Shown here piece by piece: positions 12,846 through 24,136 of a stretch of DNA of 64,000 nucleotides; position 1 is the stretch's first letter, and each line of letters opens with the position of its first letter. This stretch comes from Felis catus (lineage: Eukaryota): the NCBI RefSeq assembly GCF_018350175.1, contig NC_058368.1, positions 59,770,001 through 59,834,000 of the forward strand, given 5' to 3'. The notes beneath the pieces are model-generated. The model worked only from the letters and a program-made list of their open reading frames with translations. It was not told where the DNA came from and did not search any database. Both the position numbers and the translations under genes were made by a program.

Positions 12846-14016
12846 CTGTCAAAGAAAATCTCAGTAGTACAGTTGCTATGTTTGTAAGAGTTATTGGCAG
12901 AGTATCTTTTGTTAGACCTGATACTCTGAGACTGCTTCTAAAAGAGTTAGGCAATCATCACAGCAGAATTTGCAGGTGGTGAGGGCAGGAGTAAAGTAGG
13001 AATCAGCAGGAAGGAACAGAATGGAGGTCACAGTTGCCTCGTGTGGAAGAAGAGTTATATGAGAAAAGCATGAAGCAGATGACTGCCAAGGCAGTGAACT
13101 CCCATTTTTCCACACGCACCTGACCTTGGAAAATGGCTAGGTCATTTGATTAGGAAAAAAGAAAAGAATCATTGCCAGTCTTAATCATGTGGTAATCTGA
13201 CAAGGCAAGCTGTGAAATGTGATTTCTGAATCAGCATGTAATTGGTTTTATAAATAATATGAAAAGACTTGCAGTGGTATAGACTCATCAGAATAACCAT
13301 GCTATATATAGTGCATGTCACATTCTGTTCTAAAGGCAGTTTACATACAATTTTTCTACTTTGGAATCCCTTGAGTATGATTATTGTTTTTCTGCATTGG
13401 AAGTGTGGTGTCTGCAGATTAAAAAATGATTTTTAAACTGCCCTTTTTATTTCTTCATTTTTCCCTAAATTTTCTTTTAAAAATTTTTTTAATATCAGAC
13501 TTAAATAATATGTCCCTCAAAGGAACATACAGATCAAAGAAAGCCTTGTTGGAATTTAAGAGTATCCAAATGCCACAGGATATAAGATAATACCTAAAGT
13601 TGGTATTTACAATAACAATATATGAGGTTTTTGTTTTTTTTTTTTAATTTTTGCTTGAGCCAACTTGCAAAACTTTTGGGAATTCCAAGTCCCTTTAAGT
13701 TTCTATAGAGATCTGATTATAGTAATTTCAAGCCTAATAGATTTTACCTTAAATATTTCCAGTTTACTTACACCTAAAATTTTCTTTAATAAATTAAAGA
13801 TATCAATGTAAACGTTTTCAAGATAAGTACATGTCAGTGTAAATACATTCCTTATAATGATTCTTCTTTTTTAAATAAAAAAAAGCAGTGTGAACATGTA
13901 AAAATGATTCACAAATGAGATGCACATTGAGGTGAAATGCTTGAATCCATTGAACTTTTTCATCCAAAACTCTCTGGGAGGCTCCAATCAAGTATCAGTT
14001 TTTTAAATAACATTTT

Positions 14017-14240
14017 GGGGCGCCTGGGTGGCGCAGTCGGTTAAGCGTCCGACTTCAGCCAGGTCACGATCTCGCGGTCCAAGAGTTCGAGCCCTGCGTC
14101 GGGCTCTGGGCTGATGGCTCGGAGCCTGGAGCCTGTGTCCGATTCTGTGTCTCCCTCTCTCTCTGCCCCTCCCCCGTTCATGCACTGTTTCTCTCTGTCC
14201 CAAAAATAAATAAAAAACGTTGAAAAAATATTAAAAAAAA
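14017..14240 (+). mobile_element. Young felid Can-SINE
   Basis: 13-bp TSD TAAATAACATTTT at 14004-14016 and 14241-14253; CpGs retained. Confidence 0.97.
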
Positions 14241-14599
14241 TAAATAACATTTTATATATCGCCGCAAACTTTCCAGGAAAAAAATAACAATTCAATAGAT
14301 GGACTTATCTATGTGCTAAATCTGTATTTTAACCATTCCCTTTCTATTTGGGCTGTGATAGAATTATAGAAAATCTGGAAGGAATGAGGGTTAGGACCAC
14401 ACACATAGAGCATATAGATACTATTATAATCTTTATAAACATGTCATTAAAGGAAAATATTGACTTATTCTGATGTTACCCGCGTCATTTAAGGTATGAA
14501 AATATACCACAAAGAAAAAAATTAAAAGATCAAAAGGATTTTGTTTTCTTTAATGTGACTAAAACCATGTATGAGTAGAACGTTTAGTGCAACACTATA

Positions 14600-15130
14600 T
14601 TGATATCTGATTTCTGCTGCAGGTAACTGATTGATCAAAAGGTTTGTTTATCTCATCTAAAAACAACAATGCATTGTTGTTGAGCAATCCAGGACTGACA
14701 GTTGTAGCTTGATGATGTCGTCAGCATATCTGTATCTTGTATCTTTATATTCTCCCTATCTACACATGGAGGTTACATCCTCATGTTCACAAAATAATCT
14801 GGAATCTCTAGTTTGCTACCAAACTAGCAAACTGGGATCTCTAGTTTGCTACTCCAAAGCAAGAAGAATAAAAAAAGGATAAAGAAAGATAAAATGTGCA
14901 TGCTGACTGTTTTAGTCAGAACAATCATGTTTTCTGGCAACTCAACAAGCAGACCTCCACTTACATCTTATTTGTCACAAGTATGTTGCATTTCCATTCA
15001 TTATTTCATGGAAGTCTAGGAAACGATTAATCTGGGCCCTTTATTTCCCCAAAGAAATCTGGGATTCTAGTAATAAAGAATAAGGAAATGATGGATTTTA
15101 TGAAAGCGTGTAACTAGATTTGACACAGAA
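14600..15130. mobile_element. Possible old MaLR (MLT1-type) LTR
   Basis: Degenerate phrases reminiscent of old MLT1 LTRs (GCAGACCTCCACTTACATCTTATT; CTGGGATTCTAGTAATAAAGAA); ends unclear. Confidence 0.4.
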
Positions 15131-15454
15131 TACCTCACACTTACTAAGGTTAAAAATGTGAACAGAATGTGAAAACAGCAAACAAACTCATAAATACTTG
15201 CATGTGATGAAAAAATAATAATCTATTTTAGTATGTCTTGTTATGTAAGTCAATATATCTTTCCTCTCTTTAGCTCTCTCTTATATTGATGTCATATTTG
15301 ATTTTAATAAGTCTTTCCTTCCTAATAAATAGAAATTTTTGTTTCAGATACAATGTAGGTAGCATCTATCCCATCCAAAATAGTTTTCCCCTGAAGTATA
15401 TCAATTATTCAGTATTCTGTACAAAAAAAAAGCATAGTAGGTCACATTGGGGCA

Positions 15455-16555
15455 AATGAAAATACAATGTTAAAACATGTTGTCATTTTGGCTACTTAAT
15501 TTCCCTGAAATTACAGTCAAATTAGGTAGATTAAATACTAGATTATATATTTCCATTTACCAATTTTGTTTTTTGGTGATAACACTTAACAGGAGATCTA
15601 CCAACTCAACACATTTTTCAGGGTGCTGTGCATTATTTCCTACCTATAGGTACAATGATATACAACAGGTCTCTAGAGTTTATTCGTCTTGCTATTGAAA
15701 CTTTATGCTTGTTGATTAGGAATCCTCCATTTCTTCTTCCCTCCAGCCCCTGGAAGCCATCATTCCATTCTTTAATCCTATGAATTTGGCTAATTTGGAT
15801 AACTCATATTAATGGAGTTATACTATGGTATTTGTCTTTTTGTGACTAGCTGATTTCACTTAACATGATGTTTTCAAGATTCATCCATGTCACATATTGT
15901 AGAACGTCCTTCTTTTTAAAAGCTAAATAGTATTCCCTTGTGTGTATATACCATATTTTCTGTATCCATTCATCTGTCGATGAACTTTGAGATCGCTTCC
16001 ACATCTTGACTATTGCAAATAGTGCCACAATTACCGTACCGAACAGTGCCAGTATCTGTTTGAGATCCTGATTTCAATTCTTTTTGACACTGGTCCACAA
16101 TGATTCATGGATTTGACACCAAAAGCAAGAATAACAAAAATAAAAATAAACAAGTAAGACCACATCAAACTGAAAAGCTTTTGTGTAACAAAGAAAATAT
16201 TCAACAGGGTAAAAAGACAACTAATGGAAGTTGGGAGAGAATATTTGCAAACCATGTATCTGATGAGATGCTGATCTCCAAAATATATAAGAAACACCTA
16301 CAACTCACTACCTAAAAAATTAATCACCCAATTTTAAAAATGGGCTAAGGACTTGAAAAGTTATTTCTCCAAAAAAGACATACAAATAGCCAAGCATGTG
16401 GAAAAATTGGAACCCTTGCAGACTTTTGGTGGGAATGAACACTGGTGTGGCCTCTGTGGAAAAAATAGTATGGAACTTTCCTCAAAATAATTTAAAATAG
16501 GACTACCTTATGATCCGGCAATTCCACTTTTGGGTATAAATTTAAATGAATTGAA
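15455..16555 (-). mobile_element. Older L1 (L1MA-like 3' end), 5'-truncated with 5' inversion
   Basis: 15455-16083 is antisense 3' UTR/ORF2 end (SSTDEWIQKIWYIHTREYY...MLSEIS); 16083-16555 is sense ORF2 (WERIFANHVSD). Confidence 0.9.
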
Positions 16556-17972
16556 TGTTGGTTTATACTGGATGTGTTCAGTGTCACTGAAATTTTATAA
16601 TTAATTATTCATTTAGGAATAAAATAACTCTTCCACCATGCAATCAGTGCACTATGTACTTCTCTTGGGAATATTGTGACACCATCTAATAAAGCACAAT
16701 AAGATATTTACCTTCATGTCTTTGAAGCAAAATACAGAGATTTTTATTGAAGCTAAAATTTTGTATTCTTTACAAAATGGAATATTATTATAGCTCATAT
16801 TCATTCACCTGAAAATATAAATAATAATAAATACTATTTTAACTATTTAATTGTAGCCAGACATAAAATAAAATAGTTTGAAAATGTTGAATATTAAGAA
16901 GAAAGAAGACAGGGATATGGAGAAAGAGAAGGAAACAGAGAAAGAAGAGTAGGAGAAAGTGAGAAAAATAAAGTAAATAATTTTAGGAAGGTTTGACTTT
17001 TTAAAAATTTTGCGTTCTTAGATGATATTAAAATATTTAATTTTTAAAGTCATTCCTGTGAGCACAAAAGTCATCTTTTGTTTTACTCTTGAATGGGAGT
17101 TTTCAGTCTTGCAAATAAGAAACTTCTTTCACTTTGCATTTTTTAACATGCACCTCTAAGTTTTTAAATACCCGATGCTTTCAAGAGTGCAAGCATTCAT
17201 CTTTCAACAAGATTTTTTAAAATGTATGTGAATGTAATGCCTTATGAATTTATGCCATACCTTTGCATGTTTTGTATAACTTGCTTTTTTGAGGATCTCA
17301 TTTATTTATTTCACATCACTGTTGCTGTAGCAACTGATTACTGTACTATTTAGTTTTATGGCTTTTTTGATAAGGCTATCTTCAAATTACAGCATGTCTA
17401 GAACTTGTTGGATCATAATTTAACTTTCACTGTGAAGAAACAACATATTAGTCCTATCTTGGCAGATTTATATTGGCTTCCTGTTACAACTAAAATTATC
17501 TCCAAGCTATTAATTCTGGAGGAATTTTATTTTTGTTTTGGTGATTAAATGGACCAGAATCTCCATATCTGTCAGGGTGTCCAGAGAAAAATATCATCTC
17601 TACAACCTTACCTTTCTGATGAATGTTTTTGTGAATTACATTATTTTCAATTAGTAAATGCATGTCTCAAGGGCTTTTGTTGTTGGTGGTGGTGTTATAT
17701 TTTGCACTTAATTTGGAAGCCTCATCTTCATTAAATACAAACTAAGAATTACGAGCCATTCAGATTTTAAAAGAAAATGTCTACTACTTTGGATATACTT
17801 GATTTTCATATGCATTATTGAAAGAAAAGATTATGCTGAATGATTATTTTGACTTTATGGATTTACTTAATTATAGCATCATAAACTCAATCTAAATTAT
17901 ATTAGTGAGATATTTCCATATAATCTTTATTTGCTGTCTTAAAATACAGAAAAATGCCATATACAGAAAAAT

Positions 17973-18195
17973 GGGGTGCCTGGATGGCTCAGTCGGTTAA
18001 GCCACCAACCCTTAATTTTGGCCCAGCTCATGATCTCACAGTTCATGAGTTCAACCTTTGTCCAGCTCTGTGCTGACAGTGCAGAGCCTTCTTGAGACTC
18101 TCTCTCTCCCTCTCTCTCCCCCTCCCCTGCTCATACTTGGGTTCTCTGTCTCTCTCACTCTTAAAGTAAAGAAAAAAAACACTTTAAAAAAGAAA
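17973..18195 (+). mobile_element. Older Can-SINE
   Basis: GGGGTGCCTGGATGGCTCAGTCGGTTAAG head, CT tract, A tail. Confidence 0.92.
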
Positions 18196-18975
18196 AATAC
18201 TTATTGGAAATCTAAGTTACATGTAAGTGAGGGAAATATCAACTTGTAAAGCTCCTGAAACATTGTCTATGTTCAGACATGTCTACACCAGCACACTCAA
18301 CCAGTGAATTATGACTTATTGACTAGATATGGTAATGTAGAGTTAGTTTTTATGAGAATGTTAACCATATTTTTCTGTCTTGTTTGACTATTCCAGAATA
18401 TTTATGGCTTTCATTTCTCTTCCTTTTGAGCCCATTTAGATAAACAGTTAGAGATCATGATAGAACAGATATGGCTCTAGTATAGAATAATGGTTTAGTC
18501 CAAATTACAATTAGGTCTAGGCAAATCCTGCATAATATAAACCTCAGGTTGGCCTTTTTCTTCCACTCTACTCCTTTGTTTAAAAGAGTAATTTTCTGTA
18601 TTGAATAATGATAAAGAAAGGGAAAGAAGTTGTCTACACTCTCTCCAGAGATTGCCACAGGAAACAGACAAGCAGAAGAAAATAAGTTGAATTACAAAGG
18701 CTATCAAAGGAGGCTTGCAGTCCTGGCTTTCAAAAAAAAAAAGAAAAGAAAAAGAAAGAAAGAAAAGATTAAAAGTTATTAAGTTTACTGAATTTCTATT
18801 TTGTCTATTCATGGTGGAAAATAGACCATTTTCTTCTATGATTATGATATTTGTAAAGATTATACCATATCTTCAAACACCAGCACTGCAAAATGGATGT
18901 ACTATTTTGTCAGCAAATTTGTTCACAAGTGTATTTGTTTTGGATACAGGAATATACATTTGACAAAGGGTTTTC

Positions 18976-18976
<1 letters not shown>

Positions 18977-19010
<34 letters not shown>
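18977..19010. repeat. (GTT)n microsatellite
   Basis: Directly visible. Confidence 0.95.
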
Positions 19011-19549
19011 ACGTTTTATTTCTCTAAGTGAAATTTCTCATTTCCTTGTATCTGGGAGATGTAATATATATGTTTATTCAAAATGGAGGCAGGGCTAAGT
19101 GTCAGCTTTGCATCCTCATATATCATTCTGTTAATTTCTCTCTATTGTTTTGTTCTTTTTGCTGCTGTCCCAATTTTGACATGGATAGGTGCTCACTCAG
19201 CCTGTAGCTGTTCATCTTCTGGATATATTGGACAAAGTGCCCTTGATAGAATGCTGATCTATCTAAATGGATGTCAGCAGAGAAATTAATATTGGACAGG
19301 GTTTATATCCCTTTGTTATTCCTATTTTCCACATGGCACACCAAAGAAACTGTGCACTTCAGACTTTGCTGAACTTTGAGGAAAATAAGAACTTACTATA
19401 TAGATAGTAAAAAAGGAATTTTGTGTTAAATACCACTTATTTTGTAATCGAAATAAACTGAATTATTTAAATCAAACTATCATTCTCGTATGCCTCCGTT
19501 ACAGACCTTAACTTTGTCTTTAGGTTTGCTGGAGAGCTCTCTGAAATCT

Positions 19550-19771
19550 CTTTTTTTCTAAAAATTTTTTAGCTTATTTATTTGTTTTGAGACAGAGAGA
19601 CAGACAGTAAGGGAGGGGCAGAGAGAGAGGGAGGAAAGAGAGAATCCCAATTAGGCTCCACAATGTTAGCACAAAGCGCATTGCAGGGCTGGAACTCACA
19701 AACTGTGAGATCATGACCTGAACTGAAATCAAGAGTCAGACACTTAACTAACTGAGCCACCCAGGGGCCCC
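19550..19771 (-). mobile_element. Can-SINE
   Basis: Head ends CCACCCAGGGGCCCC; T-rich tail. Confidence 0.93.
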
Positions 19772-20037
19772 TGTGAAATTTTCTCTTAACTTCAGGCCCA
19801 CCTAACATCTAACCACCCTCCACTCAACTTGCTTACACACTGTAATTCCTTCATCTCAACAGTATATTTCCCTTAATTATTTGTTGTAGAATTTTTCTAA
19901 AGACACTCCAAAAAACATAAAATCTGATAAAACAGTCATGGATTGTTATTTTTAGGTCACTTTACTCTTCTAATAGGCCAGAAGGTAAATAATATGAAAG
20001 ATGACAAACACAAACACACAAACTATCCCAGTCCCAA

Positions 20038-20040
<3 letters not shown>

Positions 20041-20080
<40 letters not shown>
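20041..20080. repeat. (CA)n microsatellite
   Basis: Directly visible. Confidence 0.95.
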
Positions 20081-20101
20081 GTCTCAAAAAATATTCTTTA
20101 A

Positions 20102-20281
20102 ATTAAAAAAAATTATTTTATTTATTTTAGAAAGAGAGCAGAGGAGAGGGCGGGAGAATCTTAAGCAGGCTCCACCCTCAGCACAGAGCCAACCTGGGGC
20201 TCAATCCCACAACCCTGGGATCAGGACTGGAGCCGAAATCAAGTCAAATGCTCAACCGACTGAGCCACCTAGCGGTCTGAG
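20102..20281 (-). mobile_element. Can-SINE, short-body type
   Basis: 15-bp TSD AAAAATATTCTTTAA at 20087-20101 and 20282-20296. Confidence 0.93.
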
Positions 20282-20430
20282 AAAAATATTCTTTAATATG
20301 ATACATATACTAGAATTCCCCACATGGAGGACTTAATATCCAATTATAAAGGCTCCCTATCATAATGGAATTAGTTCCTATAATAATGTTTGTCATTCAC
20401 AGCCATCCACCCTCTTTTGTAAATCATCCC

Positions 20431-20438
20431 TATATATA

Positions 20439-20516
<78 letters not shown>
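20431..20516. repeat. Compound microsatellite (TA)4(TG)7(TA)10(CA)14(TA)8
   Basis: Directly visible. Confidence 0.95.
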
Positions 20517-20517
<1 letters not shown>

Positions 20518-20622
20518 TTTACAGAGTTGATTTTTTATGCCTTTCAAATTTAGTATCTAATAAATAGTATTTGCCAAAGTGCTTCCTAACCTAAGTTCTA
20601 CCAGTCAAAAAAAACCAGCCAG

Positions 20623-21137
20623 TTTTTTTTTTTTTTTTTTTTTTAGAGCCGATATTTATTTACTCAGCAAGCCCTGTATAAGTACTTTATATGCACAAAC
20701 TCATTTACCATGGCCAAGAAGTCTAAGGTAAGGACTCTGACTATTTTATATTAAGACAAAATCTCGCAGACTGTAAGACATAGACTCAGACTCAGAGACG
20801 CTAAGTAACTTACTCCAGGGCACACAGCTTCAGAGCAGTAGAACTGATAACACAATGGGAGAGGTGAAGAACTCAAGGAGCAGTTGAGGGCTCTAGATGA
20901 CCTGTGAGAGATGGTGGGAGAGGCCAGCTTCCTGCCTTCACACCCTTCAGCAGACGAAGAAGGCCAATTCTGTGTGTCTCCTGAAGGCAGAGCAGGACTC
21001 ACAGCCGGGAGGGCCGAGAGTCTCCATCCTTCCGGGAGCTGAAGCCCGGGTTCCTCTGCCAACGGTGCCCGCCGCCCGCAGCTGTCTGGGCCCAGAACTG
21101 CCGCCGGGGCAGCGCTGCCTCCCGATCCACTCCTCGA
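20623..21137 (-). pseudogene. Putative retrocopy of an unidentified short polyadenylated transcript
   Basis: Pure T22 at 20623-20644; AATAAA (minus, 20655-20660) 10 nt before the tail; MIR-like 3' part; CpG-rich 5' end with an abrupt return to AT-rich flank; no TSD found. Confidence 0.7.
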
Positions 21138-22082
21138 TGCACTTTGGTTTGCATGGAGTTATTTAAGGATGAGGATTCTGCCTGGAACATTTGTATACTG
21201 AAGAGAGATCCTTTGAGGAGTCTGACATCCAAACCATTAATAGATATTGTTATAACATCAAGTTTCCTGGGAGTTGTACAGGTTTTATTTGAGCTGCATT
21301 ATAAGATTACAGGTGGCAATGGCAATGTTATCTTTCAAATCAGTTCCTGGTATGATTATGCTCCTCATTTATTGATGTTTTCAATGGACCTTGTCTCCAG
21401 CTCAAATGGTTCTGTAATACGCATTAATCAATTTATTTCTCTGTGTAGCAAATTTGAGTGGCTTGAATTGTCTGCAAGTCAGAATCCTGACACAATAATT
21501 TGTAAATAAAATTATTTTAAGAAACAGATAATAATGAAAATGGAAATATGGATTGGTAAACTCATCTGGATAAGTTTAAAATAGTTCCTATGAATAAATG
21601 TAGCCATGGTGGTCCATGGTATATAGTAGAAAAACATCTACTGAAACAATTTCATCTAGTTACTGAGAGTAAAGACCATTTTGAAACTGAGACCTTCATT
21701 TCCCAAATATATAGCTGTTGCCATGAAACACTATAAAATATACAAAAATTAGAAGGAAGGTAGACTGAACTGTTTTTTCTGATTATACTGAGAGCTTTAA
21801 AAAAAAGAAAAGGAAATCATATGCTAGAAAGTTTAAATTTTCAGCTCAAGAAAAATAAGTGTTTAAATGAGTTCCAAATGAAATAAATTTTGTCTCATTA
21901 TCATAGAGCTAAAATAGTTAAAATAAATTTATATTTAGAATTTTAATTTATAATTAGACAATAAAATTATTGTAATAATTGAATTTAATACCTTACCAGT
22001 TCCCTTACCTGAAAGTTAGAGAATTGATCAGAAAAAATGAAATGTGAGAATTACAGTAGAGACTTTCCAGGGAAAATTGGAC

Positions 22083-22775
22083 TGTGGGGAGTGCCTCTGT
22101 TCCTAAACTGCACTGAGACTCCCTTGCTGGCTGAAGGATGCCCTCCTGCTCCGTCAGAGGCAGATGTCTCCATCTCACTGTGGACCTGTAATATTGCCCG
22201 AGACAGTGCCTTCCAAGGGGAAGATAGCTGCCCTCATTTCTTATCTCTGCTAACCTTCTTATGCAGACCTAAGCATTCGTAGAGGCCTAATGTTGATGTA
22301 AGCCGTAAAATTAGGTACAATATTATGTATTGCATTACTATCTGGTGAAATCAGTCCAGCCTCAAGTGGTTTAACTCCAATTTGCCATCGCCACGTGGCT
22401 CCAATGGATAAGGTCCCCTAGCCAACCACTCTCTATTGAGAGGACAAGGTAAAGTTCCTGCTTGTTCTTGAATAGAGAGTTTCAGTTCTCTGACAGCCCA
22501 CAGATAAAGAAGTCAGTTACATTTTTCCGTGGGTACTGGGGTCCTTTTACCCTGAAATAGCCTGCCTCCTGTAGCTCCTGGGTTTGCACTCTGCTCGTGC
22601 ATGGAGCCCCCACGTAGCCCTGTAGTGTTGTGCTGCTCCATCTCCCTCCTTTAGATTGTGAGTATATGTATCCAATAAACTGCTGTCAATTCCATCTTTT
22701 CAATGCTAGACATCCCCTCTACTGGGGCAGGAATCCCTGCTTCATAAAACAGGTTAAGTGGAGGTGAATAAAACA
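22083..22775 (+). mobile_element. Solo LTR, probably ERVL/class III-type; family not assigned
   Basis: GC-richer block starting near TGTGGGG, with GTGAGTATATGTATCCAATAAACTGC poly(A) region and ending GAATAAAACA; 5' end uncertain. Confidence 0.65.
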
Positions 22776-24136
22776 CCAGTTAATAAGTCAAACTCAAGCT
22801 GAGAAATATAAAATATAAAAAAATATGATTAATTTTTGTTGTGACACAAGTCAGCAGGACATGTTTTACAGTATGCTTTTAGGGTACTACGTCATGAGTT
22901 CACATTTAGGGCATTAAACATAAATTTGGGTAGTGATGAATTTATCGATGTGCCTGTATTGTTCAGAGATTCTGGCTCATGAAACCTGTGCTCTGTTGTG
23001 GCCTATGTTTAATAGGTATAGATGTGAGGTATTTTTTTAATAATATAGAATAATTATCCTAAAATACTTTGAAAACTAAAGTTATACATTTATTTACCCA
23101 CTCCCTAGCTATGGCCCATGAGAGTAACCACAAAATCTTTATCACACCAAAGATCCAAAAAGATACTGCTGAGAAAAACATCATGTTCTTTGAAAAACAA
23201 ACTTTTGGCTGCCCTTTATAGACCAGAGATGATTCTGCCATGGAAATAGATTCCCTAATTTCAATGGGGGAAGATGAGACACCTGATTCCAAGTAGCTGG
23301 AATTCACCTTCAAAGGTAAAGTAGAAAGGAACACACGCGAAAATTCACAAACTGGAAATTAGAATTGTTTTAGCTTCAGAGATTTTGATGGCAGCTAACT
23401 CGTTCATGGCATCCCAATGACTAAAATGTCAGGGAAGTTTGTTAAAGCCTCATGAGATCTGTGTAATCAAATGAATTTTATTCTATTAAACACAAATCAG
23501 ACTTAGCCAATATGATCTATGAAAATCATGGTGTTCTATACAATTTCTAGTTCTGAACCTGGAATAAATGAAGGCCAGGTGCAAGTAAGGAAGAACCCTG
23601 CAATAAATTCACAAGCATATATATTAAATCTTCCTTCTAGTTTCTCTGAGTTATCTATCTGCCACTGAATGACAGGAAATACACAGAAAATACAGATGAT
23701 ATTGAACAATGAGCCGGGTTAATGTCAATACTGAGACTGAGTCCCATAGTGTGCTGCTGGTCATAGTTGGAGCTTTGGAAAAATTCACAAATAAGTGCAT
23801 TTTGGCCATAATTAATCTATTGGTGGATTCGGTGTTTCTTTGGCTAATTTCCTTGTAACCGATTGATTGAATAGGGTGCTAGAAAAGCTTGTCATATTCC
23901 AAACATGTCAGTCTAGCTACTTGATGAGGAAAGTGTAAGTTCTTACTGAAATGATCAAATAGAAATCTCTTGACATCCTCATTCCTACCAAAAAAGAAAA
24001 AAAGAAAAAGAAGTAAAAGTTTTAAAAAAGTATATATTTTAAGAGGCCTGACAAAAATAAAATACAAACCCTTATTGATTTTTTCATTATATGAATTTCT
24101 TCAAATGTTCTTCAGTTAATTTAAAGACAATGGACA

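Noticed and set aside
16896..16980. Polypurine tract
   Set aside because: Low-complexity GA-rich sequence without clear mirror symmetry or element context
21144..21509. 121-aa ORF next to the retrocopy
   Set aside because: No recognisable domain, non-ATG start in the track, no convincing splice signals; compatible with chance
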